NCBI GenBank assembly: GCA_034110665.1
Contig: JAWUYT010000038.1
Span: forward strand, 9,803-73,802
From: Polaribacter sp.
GTDB lineage: Bacteria > Bacteroidota > Bacteroidia > Flavobacteriales > Flavobacteriaceae
Direction: 5' to 3'
Length of the DNA: 64,000 nt
Below the pieces are notes generated by a model that saw only the letters and a program-made list of their open reading frames with translations, ran no database searches and was not told where the DNA came from. A program made the position numbers and the translations under genes. Below, in pieces: positions 50,064 to 62,166 of the stretch; the stretch's first letter is position 1, and every line of letters starts with the position of its first letter.

Positions 50064-53000
50064 ATGAAAATGATAATTAAACTGTTGCTAATCTTATTGT
50101 CCAGTACTCTTTTTTCTCAAAAAGGTGATGTCCATTTTACTTTAAAACCCACATTAACACCAGACGGAAATGATGTTATATATAGCTATCAAGGTGATTT
50201 ATGGAAGGTAAATGCCGATGGCGGAACTGCGTTTAGAATAACTGCAATGGACGGAATTGAAACAGATCCAAGTGTTTCTCCTGACGGAAAATGGTTGGCA
50301 TTTTCAGGAGAACAATATGGTAATTATGACGTTTACATCATGCCTTTAGAAGGTGGTGAGATAAAGCAACTTACTTTTCACCAAAGTAATGATGAGGTTG
50401 CTTCTTGGAATTGGGACAGTAAAACCATCAATTTTACTTCGAACCGATCTAACAGAATCACCAATTTCACAATTTCTATTGTTGGTGAAACTCCAAAAAG
50501 AACATTTCCTCATTATTTTAATACAATTCATAACTTAGTACAACATCCAAAGACAAAAGATATTTACTTTAATGAAACCTGGGAAAGTTCCATTTTTGCA
50601 AATAGAAAAAGATACAAAGGCGATTATAATCCAGATATAAAATCTTACAATGTAGCCACTCAAAAATTCACAAAACATACTTCTTATAGAGGTAAAGATT
50701 TTGGAGCAACCATTGACGAAATCGGAAAAGTGTACTTTAAATCTGATGAATATAATGGAGAATATAATTTATATACTTTTGAGAACGGGACTAAAAAAAG
50801 ATTGACAGATTTTGCTACTTCTATCATGTGGCCTAAAGTAAGTGCCAATGGAGCCAAAATCGTTTTCAGAAAAGATTATCAATTATATGTGTATGATGTG
50901 GCATCAAAATCATCTAAAGAAATAAGCATTCATAGTTACAATAATTCTACAATTACTAAAAATAGATCTTTTGACGTAAAAGGAGAGATTACTTTTTTTG
51001 ATGTGTCACCTGATGGGAAGAAGATGGCGTTTGTATCGAGAGGAAGATTATTCGTTTCTGATGTGGCAGGGAAGTTCATAAAAGAAATTTCTACAGAAAA
51101 TATAGAAGCAGTAAAAGAAGTAAAATGGTTAAAAAATAACAGGTCATTAATTTATTCGAGGTCTTACAGCGGTTATTATAATTGGTTTATGTTGGATGTT
51201 GATAATGTTATCTCAAAAAAACAGCTCACGAAAAATAACATGAACAATAGACAAATTACTTTTGATAAAGAGATGACAAAAGGGGTGTATTTAAGAGGTA
51301 GAAATGAAATTTATACCATCGATTTAAAAACTCTTAAAAGTGATTTAGTTGTAAAAGATGAACTTTGGGGGTTTTACAATGCAAATCCTTATTTTTCTCC
51401 TGACGGAAAACATATTGTTTACAGTGCATACAGAGATTTTGAAGCAGATATATTCGTCTATAACATCGCATCAAAAAAGACAATGAATCTTACAAATACA
51501 AAGGTTTCAGAGTTTGAACCAATATGGTCTGAAGATGGGAAATATATTTATTTTTCTTCAGAAAGAACCGCTCCAAATTTCCCCAGAGGTGGCAAAGGAG
51601 AATCAAAAGTCTATCAAATGGCTTTAGATTCCTATGAGAAACCTTTTAAAATGGACAAGGTTACAGAATTATTTGCACAAAAAGATTCGACGAAAAAAGA
51701 CAAAAAGAAAGAAACTGTAAATGTTCAGATAAACCCCAAAGGTTTAATGGATCGATTGACTAGAATTAGTCCAAAATTTGGAGGTCAAGAAAACATTTCA
51801 GTAATAACTGCTGGTGATAAAACGCATGTATTGTATCTATCAAATCATGATGAAGGCAAAAACAAACTATGGAAAACTACTATAGAAGATTTTGAAAAGA
51901 ATAAAACGGTAAGTTTAGGTGATAAAATAATTTCAGGATATCAATATTCAACTTCAAAAAAGAAGCATTACATCTTGGCAAGTGGTATTATTCATGCACT
52001 GGATTTAAGTACAAATAAATTAAAAGCGATTCCTATTGATTATAAATTCAACAAAACATTATCTAACGAGTTTGAACAAATGTATTTTGAAGCTTGGGCA
52101 GGCATGGAAGAGAATTTCTATGATAAAAATTTTCACGGTCAAAACTGGCAACAATTAAGAGATCGGTACGCAAAATTTTTACCCTATGTTAGCAATAGAG
52201 CAGATTTAAGGTTGATTTTTACTGATATGCTTGGAGAATTAAACACTTCTCATATTGGTTTTAGGTCTTACGGTTCTGAAGAAGATATTTATTACGGAAC
52301 AAAAACGTTGGCGACAGGTATTTTGTTTGATAATGAGAATCCATATCAAGTAGAAAGAATTGTTTCTGAAAGTCCGGTTGATGTGAAAGGGAAAGATATT
52401 CTAAAAGGAGATGTTTTAATTGCTGTAAATGGAATGGCTATTGATACCAATAAAAATAGAGAATCGTACTTTACGAATCCTGATTTTAAGGATGAAATTA
52501 GATTAACTTTTTCTAGAAATAAAAAAGAGTTTAGTACGTATGTTCATGCCACTGGACCCGATAATGTGATTGGGTTGTTGTATGATGAGTGGCAAGATGA
52601 AAATCAAAAATATGTAGATGAAAAGACAAATAATAAGATTGCTTACGTACATATGAAAAATATGGGCTCTGAAGAATTAACAAAATTCTATCAAGATTTA
52701 ATGAGTGACGAAGCCCACAAAAAAGGATTAATTTTAGACTTAAGATATAATACAGGAGGAAATGTACACGATGACGTTTTAAATTTTTTACAGCAAAAAA
52801 AATATTTAAATTGGAAATATAGAGAAGGTAAATTAGCAAGTCAATCTAATTTTAACTTCGGTAATAAACCCATTGTTTTGTTGATAAATGAACAATCTCT
52901 TTCTGATGCAGAAATGACAGCAGCAGGTTTCAAAGAACTCGGTTTAGGAACTATCGTTGGAACAGAAACCTATCGATGGATTATTTTTACTACGGGAAAA

Positions 53001-53186
53001 TCTCTGGTAGATGGTTCTTATTATAGATTACCCACTTGGGGTTGTTATTCTCTAGATGGTAAAGATTTAGAATTAACAGGAGTATCACCAGATGTGTATG
53101 TTGATAAAAACTTTAAAGATAGATTAGAAAATAAATCACCACAATTAGACAAAGCAATCGAAATAATTTTAAATAAATTAAAATAA
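50064..53186 (+). CDS. Tricorn-like S41 peptidase
   Basis: PD40/TolB repeats (SPDGK), GELNTSH, PDZ region, DLRYNTGG, SLSDAE and GVSPD motifs. Confidence 0.9.
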   Translation: MKMIIKLLLILLSSTLFSQKGDVHFTLKPTLTPDGNDVIYSYQGDLWKVNADGGTAFRITAMDGIETDPSVSPDGKWLAFSGEQYGNYDVYIMPLEGGEIKQLTFHQSNDEVASWNWDSKTINFTSNRSNRITNFTISIVGETPKRTFPHYFNTIHNLVQHPKTKDIYFNETWESSIFANRKRYKGDYNPDIKSYNVATQKFTKHTSYRGKDFGATIDEIGKVYFKSDEYNGEYNLYTFENGTKKRLTDFATSIMWPKVSANGAKIVFRKDYQLYVYDVASKSSKEISIHSYNNSTITKNRSFDVKGEITFFDVSPDGKKMAFVSRGRLFVSDVAGKFIKEISTENIEAVKEVKWLKNNRSLIYSRSYSGYYNWFMLDVDNVISKKQLTKNNMNNRQITFDKEMTKGVYLRGRNEIYTIDLKTLKSDLVVKDELWGFYNANPYFSPDGKHIVYSAYRDFEADIFVYNIASKKTMNLTNTKVSEFEPIWSEDGKYIYFSSERTAPNFPRGGKGESKVYQMALDSYEKPFKMDKVTELFAQKDSTKKDKKKETVNVQINPKGLMDRLTRISPKFGGQENISVITAGDKTHVLYLSNHDEGKNKLWKTTIEDFEKNKTVSLGDKIISGYQYSTSKKKHYILASGIIHALDLSTNKLKAIPIDYKFNKTLSNEFEQMYFEAWAGMEENFYDKNFHGQNWQQLRDRYAKFLPYVSNRADLRLIFTDMLGELNTSHIGFRSYGSEEDIYYGTKTLATGILFDNENPYQVERIVSESPVDVKGKDILKGDVLIAVNGMAIDTNKNRESYFTNPDFKDEIRLTFSRNKKEFSTYVHATGPDNVIGLLYDEWQDENQKYVDEKTNNKIAYVHMKNMGSEELTKFYQDLMSDEAHKKGLILDLRYNTGGNVHDDVLNFLQQKKYLNWKYREGKLASQSNFNFGNKPIVLLINEQSLSDAEMTAAGFKELGLGTIVGTETYRWIIFTTGKSLVDGSYYRLPTWGCYSLDGKDLELTGVSPDVYVDKNFKDRLENKSPQLDKAIEIILNKLK

Positions 53187-53259
53187 TTAGAAAGTTGGGC
53201 TTGAAACTAGTGAAATAACTCAATAGCTATTTATGCAGATTAGTTGGTTTTAAAAAAAA

Positions 53260-53309
53260 CTTTATTTTACTTTTTGATAAGCTTTAGATTGTCAAAAAGT
53301 AAAATAAAG
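53260..53309. terminator. Long hairpin downstream of the protease gene
   Basis: CTTTATTTTACTTTTTGA...TCAAAAAGTAAAATAAAG. Confidence 0.55.
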
Positions 53310-53459
53310 GATACATTAAAATGTTTTAATATTTTTATTTTTGTAATTCGCCTATCGTTTCAACTTTTACAAGGCGGCGCTTTGTAAAATTATAACTGAA
53401 ATTACTTTTAATTTTAACTGTTTAGGAGTCTTTTTTGCACGAGCGTTAAAAATTGAATT

Positions 53460-53915
53460 ATAATTAATTTTTGTTCTTTATTCAAACCACTTAATTGAAC
53501 CCAATATTTAATTAGTTGGAATCTCCAACTGTGTAACTTTACCTTATTATCTTTTAAATAATGTCACCAGTGTCCGCGATAACGTAAATCAACCAGTATG
53601 GACTTGAAGTCCATAAGTATTTATATCTAAATAAAGTCAAGTGGATGGAATTTGACATACTTATTCAAGGATAAAGTTACTGCTATCATTATCTTATTTG
53701 CGCTGATTTTCTAAATACTCATTTACCATTTATACTATTATTTTCTTGGGAGAGAGCTAAAAACCCATTTTCGATGGCAATCTGATTTCCTTCTATTGTC
53801 ATTAAATTATCTAAAGCCCATACTGCTATTGCCATCATCACTGCTGCAGGAAACATTGACAAGATTAAGGACTAAAGCAATTATTATTACTAATTTTTGA
53901 TTTTAAGTATATTTT
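53460..53915 (-). pseudogene. Decayed lipoprotein gene
   Basis: Residual KLVIIIALVLNLVNVSCSSDDGN (lipobox plus acidic export-signal-like SSDD) followed by stops; boundaries approximate. Confidence 0.45.
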
Positions 53916-54054
53916 TTAAAATTGAGGTTCAAATATATTTTGTAAAAAAGATAATACCGGTTCTCCCTAAAACTCCAAACAAAAAAAGTGGCTTCCTTTA
54001 TCGGGAAGACACTTTTATTCTATTTAAAATACTTATAATCAATAATTTAAATTA

Positions 54055-55170
54055 TTATATCGACTTGTGAAGTTTTTTGAATTCGGTAGGCGTCATTTGA
54101 GTATGTTTCTTAAAAGCAGTGTAAAAAGCAGCTTTGCTATTAAAGCCAACATCCAGAGAAATAGCAAATATTGTTGCTGGTTTAGACTCCAAGAGTTTCT
54201 ATTTAGCTTCTTGAATTCTAAAACTACTGATAAAATCAGGGAAACTCATTTTTGCGTTTTGATTGATAGCCTGTGATATATGGTGAATGGACTGCTCTAA
54301 TTTTTCAGCGACGGTATTTAACTTTAAATCAAAGTCTAAATAAAGTGATTCCTCTTTTACGAGTGCTTCTATTTTCTCAAAAAGTTTTGAAGAATCAGAT
54401 AATGATGATTTTGCATATTTTTCAATAGCGGAAGTGGATAGATCTTCAAAATTTCCAGAATACGCAAATACAGGAAAATGCATAATAGAAAATGCGAATA
54501 TGGAGAAGAATACAGCGTAAATAAGTGTTTCAAATTTCAAATAAAAGTTAAAATGACCAATATCTAAACTGCCTAAAATTGTGGTTACAAAAACTACAAT
54601 TTGCATGAGTATGATTACGATTATGATACTCTTAATCCACTTGTAAAGGTTTTTCTGACTTTCATCTAATTTAATTATTAATGGAGCCTTTTTCAATTTC
54701 TGATAGGCAAGAAACATAAGTACGATATTGATAGAACTTACCAAAATGTATTCCACTAAAACTAATATTCCGTAATTTGAAGTTTCCAATGCTGCAACAA
54801 AATCTTGTAAATTTTGATTGTGATCAAAAGGAAGGAAGACTAAAACCCGAAGTGCTGTATACCCGATAACTATGGGCTTCAATTTTTTTATATTTATTTC
54901 AGATTTTGTAAAAAGAGCAATGAAGTAGTAGAATAACAATCCTATAAAATGATATAGAAAGTAAGTGACTCCAGAATAAGTGGCAGGTATTGTATTTGTG
55001 ATGGAGAGATAATAATCTAATGCCGTAGCTACATAAATAAAAAGTAAGGAAGCTAAAACAACTCGTATCTTTTTATTTTTTCCTAGGCGAAATCTATTAA
55101 ATAAAATAAAAACGATTATGACCAATCCAAAAATCGCACTTAATACAGGAAAAACGTTCAAAACATTCAT
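54055..55170 (-). pseudogene. Membrane-bound AraC-family regulator with a single internal TAG
   Basis: About 7 TM helices plus first HTH. After TAG (54199-54201) the frame continues KLLESKPATIFAISLDVGFNSKAAFYTAFKKHTQMTPTEF.. to TAA at 54055. Confidence 0.85.
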
Positions 55171-55401
55171 GCAACAAACTTAATTTTTTTTGTAGAAAAT
55201 TAAGTTAAAATTATTGATTTAAATTAATGGTCTTAAAAACACTTGGAGATAAGTAGTTATTTTTTTAATTAGAGTCAATAAATTGTATTTACAAGTAATA
55301 CGATTAAACGGATCGCTTAACTTGTAAAAAAAATAAAAATTATAATGAAATCTCTCTATGGAGCTAATACCGCTTTAAAAAAAAGTACAAAAGGTTATTT
55401 T

Positions 55402-56148
55402 TCATGAAGTAAGCATCGGTTTTAAAATGACCCAAGCATTGTTTGCAAGTATTTTATGACCATTACCTGTTGGATGTATGCCATCTGCTTGATTTAACGC
55501 AGGAATACCTCCAACATCTTTTAATAAAAACGGAATTAATTTCAATCCATTTTTTTTAGCCAATTCAGGGAAAATGGTTTTAAACTCCGTGATGTAGTCG
55601 ATACCCATATTTGGCGGAAGTTGCATGCCCGCTAAAACTATTTTTGTTGCAGCATTTTTTGCGAGCACAGCATCAATAATAGCTTGTAAATTTTTTCTTG
55701 TTTCTTTTAAGGGAATGCCGCGTAAACCATCATTTGCTCCTAATTCCAATATAAAAATATCTACTTTTTGGTTTAAGACCCAATTGATTCTACTTTTTCC
55801 TCCGGCACTTGTTTCGCCGCTTAAACCAGAATTTATAACCGTATATTTTAAAGAAAGTGAATCTATTTTAGTTTGAATTAATGCAGGAAAAGCATTATTT
55901 ATATCTTCTAAGCCGTAACCAGCGGTTAAACTATCACCAAAAAATAGCAGCTTTTTTGTAACGACTTTTTCGGCTTTTTTACTTTCAGTTTTAATGGGAG
56001 CTGTTTCTGTTGTTTTTTCTTTTTTAGCAGTATCAGATCCACAAGAAAGCAGCAAGATTACAGATAAAAAATAACATAACATTAAGAAAATAATACGAGT
56101 ACTAGCCTTGAAGTTTAAATTCAATTGTTTATTTTTCGACTTTATCAT
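55402..56148 (-). CDS. Arylesterase / TesA-like SGNH lipoprotein
   Basis: GDSLTAG, SGETS, ELGANDGLRG and DGIHP motifs; lipobox LLSC. True start probably downstream of 56148. Confidence 0.88.
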   Translation of the reverse strand: MIKSKNKQLNLNFKASTRIIFLMLCYFLSVILLLSCGSDTAKKEKTTETAPIKTESKKAEKVVTKKLLFFGDSLTAGYGLEDINNAFPALIQTKIDSLSLKYTVINSGLSGETSAGGKSRINWVLNQKVDIFILELGANDGLRGIPLKETRKNLQAIIDAVLAKNAATKIVLAGMQLPPNMGIDYITEFKTIFPELAKKNGLKLIPFLLKDVGGIPALNQADGIHPTGNGHKILANNAWVILKPMLTS

Positions 56149-56178
56149 TTTTGAGTAAAATTACATGAAATAAATACA

Positions 56179-56871
56179 ATGACAAAGATATTAAAGATTC
56201 ACGAACTAGAAAAAACATATACCAGTGGTTCAAAAGAATTAACAGTTTTAAGCGATATTTCTTTTGATATAGAAAAAGGAAGTATCTTTTCTATTGTGGG
56301 GCCTTCTGGAAGTGGAAAAACGACGTTATTAGGTCTGTGCGCTGGTTTAGATCATCCCAGCGATGGAAGTATAGCATTGTGCGGCAGTAATTTGCAAGAT
56401 TTAGATGAAGACGAGCGTGCACTGTTACGCAATAAAGAAGTTGGTTTTATATTTCAAAATTTTCAACTGTTACCAACACTTACGGCTTTAGAAAATGTAA
56501 TTGTTCCTTTAGAACTGCAAGGAGAAAAAAATGCAACTAAATTTGGATTGGAATTGTTGGGAAAAGTAGGTTTATCAGATCGGGTGCATCATTATCCATC
56601 ACAATTATCAGGCGGCGAGCAACAAAGAGTTGCTTTGGCTAGGGCATTTTCTAACAAACCTTCTATTTTATTTGCTGATGAACCTACGGGGAATTTAGAT
56701 GAAGAAACTGGCGAAAAGGTCATTCAATTATTGTTTCAATTAAACAAAGAAGCGGGTACAACGTTGGTGATTATTACACACGATTTAGAGTTAGCCAATA
56801 GAACACAGCAAATTTTAAGATTAAAAGGAGGAAAGATTATGTCTAATGAAAAAACAGTGGCAGTATCATGA
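56179..56871 (+). CDS. ABC transporter ATP-binding protein (YbbA-like)
   Basis: GPSGSGKT, LSGGEQQRV and ADEPTGNLD motifs; divergent from the tesA-like gene. Confidence 0.9.
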   Translation: MTKILKIHELEKTYTSGSKELTVLSDISFDIEKGSIFSIVGPSGSGKTTLLGLCAGLDHPSDGSIALCGSNLQDLDEDERALLRNKEVGFIFQNFQLLPTLTALENVIVPLELQGEKNATKFGLELLGKVGLSDRVHHYPSQLSGGEQQRVALARAFSNKPSILFADEPTGNLDEETGEKVIQLLFQLNKEAGTTLVIITHDLELANRTQQILRLKGGKIMSNEKTVAVS

Positions 56872-59405
56872 GCAAATTGACCTCAAAAACTTCGATACAA
56901 TGGCTCTTTAAAATGGCTTGGAGAGATGGCAAAGCAAGTATTTCTAGATTGCTCTTGTTTATGGCGTCTATTATTTTAGGCATTGCGGCGGTTGTTTCTA
57001 TTCAATTGTTCAGCGAAAATTTAAAAGGCAATATTAAAAATCAATCAAAATCTTTAATGGGTGCCGATTTTATTATCGACAGCAAACAACTTCCTTCTAA
57101 AAAAGTATTGGCAATTATAGATTCTTTAGGGGCAGATGCATCCGAAGTTAATTTTGTTTCCATGGCAGCCTTTCCAAAAAATGAAGGAACAAAATTAGTA
57201 AAAGTACGCGCCATTGAAGGTGCTTTTCCTTTTTACGGAAGTTTAGATACCGAACCAGTAAACGCTGCTGCAACTTATCAAAAATTAGGCGGTGCTTTGG
57301 TCGATGCCACGTTATTACTGCAATATGATTTAAATCCTGGAGATTCTATTAAACTAGGGAAGTTGACATTCCCAATTATCGGAGCGTTAAAATCGATTCC
57401 AGGCAGCAGCGCTATTTCTAGTTCAGTGGCGCCTACAGTACTCATTCCTTTTCGGTTTATAGACAAAACAGGATTGTTACAAATAGGAAGTAGAAAAGAA
57501 TATCAATATTTTTTCATTGCACCAAAAATGGATTTAGAATTGTTAGACAGCGAACTAGATCCTATTTTAGATGATGAAAATGCAGATCTTGATACGCATA
57601 CAGACACAAGTGCTCGTTTAGGAAAAGGATTTGACAACGTTACTCGATTTTTAAATTTATCGGCATTTATTGCGCTCTTGCTAGGATGCATCGGAATTGC
57701 AAGTTCTGTTCATATATACATCAAAGAAAAATTAAAAAATGTAGCTGTTTTAAAATGTTTGGGAGCTACAAGAAAACAAACGTTTATAATTTATTTAGTG
57801 CAAATTATGGGCATTGGATTGATTGGTGGTATTTTAGGTTCTGCGATTGGCATCGGTTTGCAATATGCTTTTCCATATATTTTAAAGGGATTTTTACCTT
57901 TTGATGTTCAAGTATCCATAAGTGCAACGCCCTTAATTATGGGTGTAACGTTGGGCATATTAATGTCGGTTTTGTTTGCATTATTGCCGCTGTTGGGCAC
58001 TTGGTATGTTTCTCCTTTAGAGGTATTAAGAGGCACTGATGACAATTTAGTAAAACCAAGAAAAGCACGATTTTTTACTTTTGCAGCCATCTTAATTTTT
58101 ATCTTTTTATTTTCGTCTTGGTTGTTAAAAGATGCGTTTAACGGCTTCGTATTTACAGTTGGTATTTTGATTACCTTCTCGATTATGGCAGGAGTTTCAA
58201 GTTTATTTATGAAAGCTATTAAAAAATACTTTCCGACTAATTGGGGGTTTACAAAACGCCAAAGTTTGTTGAATTTATACCGCCCTAACAATCAAACCAT
58301 GGTTTTGATCTTATCGATAGGATTGGGGACTTTTTTAATTAGTACGTTATATTTTACAAAAGATATTTTGTTAGCAAAAACATCTATAGAGAACAACACA
58401 AAAGATCCAAATATTATTTTAATGGATGTGCAGGCCGACCAAGAGGAAGCCGTCGTAAAAACAATTCTTCCGAAAGGATTAGACGTTATTGATAATATTC
58501 CGATTGTAACCATGCGAATGCATCGAATCAAAGATAAATTGGTGAACGATATTCGCAAAGATTCTACATCTACCATGAACAGATGGATTTTAAACCACGA
58601 GTTTAGAACCACCTATCGAAGTGAATTAATAGCATCCGAAGAAATAGTTGCAGGAAAGTGGGAACCACAAATAGAACAAGGCCAACCAATTTTAATTTCG
58701 ATCGCCGATAATATTGCCAGAGATGCTCGTTTAGAAATTGGCGATGCGGTAGTTTTTAATATTCAAGGAGTTTTAATGGAAACTACTGTTGGCAGTATCA
58801 GAAAGGTAAATTGGGCAAATATGCAATTGAACTTTTCGATTGTTTTTCCGACTGGCGTTTTAGAAAAAGCACCAAAATTTAATGTATTGACTACTTATGT
58901 GCCTAACGATGCAAGTTCTGCGGACTTACAACGAGATTTAGTGAAAAAATTTCCAAATATTTCGATTTTAGATTTAAGACAAATCTTTACCATTGTAGAA
59001 GATGTTTTGGATAAAATATCATGGGTCATCAATTTTATGGCTTTCTTTAGTATTCTTACAGGAATTATCGTTTTGATAGGCTCTGTGAGAAACAGTAAAT
59101 ATCAGCGAATCAAAGAAAGTGTGTTGTTAAGAACTTTAGGAGCCAAGAGCAAACAAATTCTGCAAATTACAGCACTTGAATATGTGTATTTAGGGGTGCT
59201 CGGCAGTTTGGTGGGGATTTTATTATCGCTCATTAGTAGCCAGTTATTAGCAACCTTGTTATTTAAAGAGCCCTTTAGCCCCTCTATCGTTCCGTTTTTA
59301 GTATTTCTACCAGGAATCACACTCTTGGTTTTACTCATTGGTTTGAGTAATATTAGAAGCGTTTTAAAAAGTCCGCCTTTAGAGGTTTTGAGGAAAGAGA
59401 TCTAA
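56868..59405 (+). CDS. FtsX-type ABC permease (YbbP-like)
   Basis: Two FtsX-like halves (LKCLGA, LRTLGA); ATGA-coupled to the ATPase. Confidence 0.88.
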   Translation: MSKLTSKTSIQWLFKMAWRDGKASISRLLLFMASIILGIAAVVSIQLFSENLKGNIKNQSKSLMGADFIIDSKQLPSKKVLAIIDSLGADASEVNFVSMAAFPKNEGTKLVKVRAIEGAFPFYGSLDTEPVNAAATYQKLGGALVDATLLLQYDLNPGDSIKLGKLTFPIIGALKSIPGSSAISSSVAPTVLIPFRFIDKTGLLQIGSRKEYQYFFIAPKMDLELLDSELDPILDDENADLDTHTDTSARLGKGFDNVTRFLNLSAFIALLLGCIGIASSVHIYIKEKLKNVAVLKCLGATRKQTFIIYLVQIMGIGLIGGILGSAIGIGLQYAFPYILKGFLPFDVQVSISATPLIMGVTLGILMSVLFALLPLLGTWYVSPLEVLRGTDDNLVKPRKARFFTFAAILIFIFLFSSWLLKDAFNGFVFTVGILITFSIMAGVSSLFMKAIKKYFPTNWGFTKRQSLLNLYRPNNQTMVLILSIGLGTFLISTLYFTKDILLAKTSIENNTKDPNIILMDVQADQEEAVVKTILPKGLDVIDNIPIVTMRMHRIKDKLVNDIRKDSTSTMNRWILNHEFRTTYRSELIASEEIVAGKWEPQIEQGQPILISIADNIARDARLEIGDAVVFNIQGVLMETTVGSIRKVNWANMQLNFSIVFPTGVLEKAPKFNVLTTYVPNDASSADLQRDLVKKFPNISILDLRQIFTIVEDVLDKISWVINFMAFFSILTGIIVLIGSVRNSKYQRIKESVLLRTLGAKSKQILQITALEYVYLGVLGSLVGILLSLISSQLLATLLFKEPFSPSIVPFLVFLPGITLLVLLIGLSNIRSVLKSPPLEVLRKEI

Positions 59406-59647
59406 AGTTTCACTTTCTAAATATCTAAAGATAATTCAATATAATACGCTTTATTGAATTGAAATTATGTGATTTTCAAAATAGTATTTTCATTCTTCTT
59501 GATTAAGAATAAAATAGGAGTGTGGAGTAATTTATTAGCAATAAGAAAACGTTATGATAAGATCAGAAATTAATTTAAAAAAAGAAAATTACATGCGTTA
59601 AAACAGTAATTATTTCTGTTTTTTTGCCGCTCAATTTTTTAATAAAA

Positions 59648-60271
59648 ATGGATAATCTTATAACATTCTCAATCACTGTATTTACTGGCTTTTTTGCCAT
59701 GACCAATCCAATATCAAACATGACGGTTTTTGTGTCTTTAACCCAAGGTTTAGACAAAAAAGTAAAAAGGGATATTAATAAAAGATCAAACATCATTGCT
59801 TTTATTATTATTACTGTATTTGTCTTGATAGGAAAATATATTTTTGAATTGTTTAATATTAGCATTCCTGCATTTAAAATTACAGGAGGAATTTTAATAT
59901 TTTTTATTGGCTTTGACATGCTACAGTCCAAACAATCTAATGTAAAGAGTTTAGATACTGTAGATACAAAGGAAGATATTGCTGTTTCTCCTTTGGCGAT
60001 TCCTATTTTAGCAGGACCAGGTACCATTGTAACTGCAATGAATTTTGTGGCGAATGTAGAAAGTATTCAAATCTTTTTAGTGATTGCCATTTTTGGGTTT
60101 ATGAGTCTGCTCACATATCTTACTTTTAGAGCAAGTGATTTTATCGTGAAAATTGTTGGAAACAATGTTATTTCGGTTATCGGAAAAATAATGGGTTTAA
60201 TTATCGCTATTATTGGCACTGGTATGGTTATTCAAGGCATTAAAATTTCTTTTGATTTAATAGCTTCATAA
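59648..60271 (+). CDS. MarC family membrane protein
   Basis: FAMTNP, FKITGG, PLAIPILAGPG and IMGLI motifs; ATG at 59648. Confidence 0.88.
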   Translation: MDNLITFSITVFTGFFAMTNPISNMTVFVSLTQGLDKKVKRDINKRSNIIAFIIITVFVLIGKYIFELFNISIPAFKITGGILIFFIGFDMLQSKQSNVKSLDTVDTKEDIAVSPLAIPILAGPGTIVTAMNFVANVESIQIFLVIAIFGFMSLLTYLTFRASDFIVKIVGNNVISVIGKIMGLIIAIIGTGMVIQGIKISFDLIAS

Positions 60272-60490
60272 AAATATTGAAAAATTACACAGAATATTGA
60301 GTTAATACTTTTAAATAAATAAGCTTATTTTTATTAAAAATTGAAGTTCGTTTCATTTTCTACTTAAAATAAAAAAAGATGAAGCTTATATTTATGATTT
60401 TTATTTTTTAAATTACTATTAAATAGATATTTACATATAAATATTTTTAAAACATAACAGTATAACTACGTTTAAATTAAACCCAAACAA

Positions 60491-61033
60491 TTGAAAAATC
60501 AACTCCTAGAAGAAGCCAAACGAGAACTTATTAACGGTCATTCAAAAAAACGACATCCTTTTCGATATTTCGTTTTGGCTACCAATGAAAATGGTAAACC
60601 AAGGCAGCGCACGGTTGTGTTGCGAAAGACATTGTTAGACTTAAGTTTGGTAATTTATACTGACAAAAGAACTCAAAAAATAAAAGATATTCAAAATAAT
60701 GCTGCATTTAGCGCCTTATTTTATGATTCTAAAAAACTACTGCAAATACGGGTTGAAGGAAAAGCCGAATTAATTACAGATACAGAACAAATTGCAAGTT
60801 ACTGGCATACAGTGCAAGCAGCATCTCGAAAAGACTATACCACCAATATAGCGCCCGGTAGCCCAATAATAAATCCTGATGATGTAGGTTACAAGCCAGA
60901 AGAAAATTATTTCTGTCCGGTAAAACTCATTCCCAATACGATTGAATATTTACGTCTAAAGCGTCCTAACCATCTACGAGTTTTATTTTCTAGAATTGAT
61001 ACCAATTGGTCAGGTGAATTTTTAGTGCCTTAA
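60491..61033 (+). CDS. Pyridoxamine 5'-phosphate oxidase-like FMN-binding protein
   Basis: LAT..PRQRTVVLR, TDKRTQK and QIRVEG motifs. Confidence 0.82.
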   Translation: MKNQLLEEAKRELINGHSKKRHPFRYFVLATNENGKPRQRTVVLRKTLLDLSLVIYTDKRTQKIKDIQNNAAFSALFYDSKKLLQIRVEGKAELITDTEQIASYWHTVQAASRKDYTTNIAPGSPIINPDDVGYKPEENYFCPVKLIPNTIEYLRLKRPNHLRVLFSRIDTNWSGEFLVP

Positions 61034-61459
61034 TTTTTAAGTGTTAAGGTGATAAAATAAATAGTATCTGTTGCGCTTCTTCTAATTAAAGTTTAAGAGC
61101 CTCAAATGCATAAACTTTGAGCAAGTTAAATTAGGTATAATTAAAAGAATTGAAGGGTTCTTGTGTGTTTATACAACGTCATTTAATAGAAATTTTTATG
61201 ATGTATCATATTCATTTTGATACAGTAAACTGATAAAAGAAAGGAGGGAAGTGCTATTTTTTTTGATGAACGTGTATAAACCAGTGATAAAAAACTCCTT
61301 TTGCTGAAATTTCTAATTTGGTCTATCAGTAAAACAATGAACGTTTCTTATTTTTTTTATTAGCTTTTTAAATAGAAAAGTATTTGCTTTATGAACGCAA
61401 ACTTTAATGATATCAAATATTTTAATACTGAATGGAGTTTAGTAAAAGTATTCGATTAT

Positions 61460-62166
61460 AAAAGTTACTGAAATGAATGCAACAGAAGTAGCGAAGTTGC
61501 AAAAAAAATGACTTTAAATCAAGCTACATCATTTGTCAAATAGACCATGTTCTATTTTTTATGCGTTGTTTTAGCCGACTTCAATCTTTCTTTTAGAATT
61601 TACCGATTTTGAGATGATAGAATATGTTACAGGATGGATGTCAGGTAATTGTCTCTTGTATTGGACATAATATGACTTTAAAAGGTATCTATGGACAACC
61701 GCAAAAACTTGTCACAAATGTTACTCGAAGACTCTGCAAGGCAATAGAGGTTAAGAATTCAAAAAAAACAAACTAAATTTGTTTTAATGAACACGACAGG
61801 CAATCGTAATCGAGATTTAAACGAACCTATTTGCTTGAGTCAAAAATGAGTTATAGCACTACTTCGTTTGTTGTTGCCTCCACACGTAGATAATGAAAAA
61901 GCTGCTGATTATTTGCAAACTAAAATCGGTCAAAATAATCAGTTAATTGAATGGTTGCTGTTCGCCCCGACGGTTTAATCAATGAAGAAGAAATAACAGC
62001 ATATGAAATACATGCTTTACCTACTAGAAGTAACATTTTTGCTGCTGGTAAAGTCAGCCGGATCAATGTGGCGCACTTTATGACTGATCTAATTAATGAT
62101 GCTACTTTATGGAATACTTGGAAAATACAAGTGCCAGTAATTTATAGCAAAGTGTCTGTAGACTAA
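61460..62166 (+). pseudogene. NAD(P)-binding (flavin reductase/SDR-like) oxidoreductase pseudogene
   Basis: Fragments [49 protein letters not shown] and SRINVAHFM in shifting frames with stops; 5' boundary uncertain. Confidence 0.75.
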
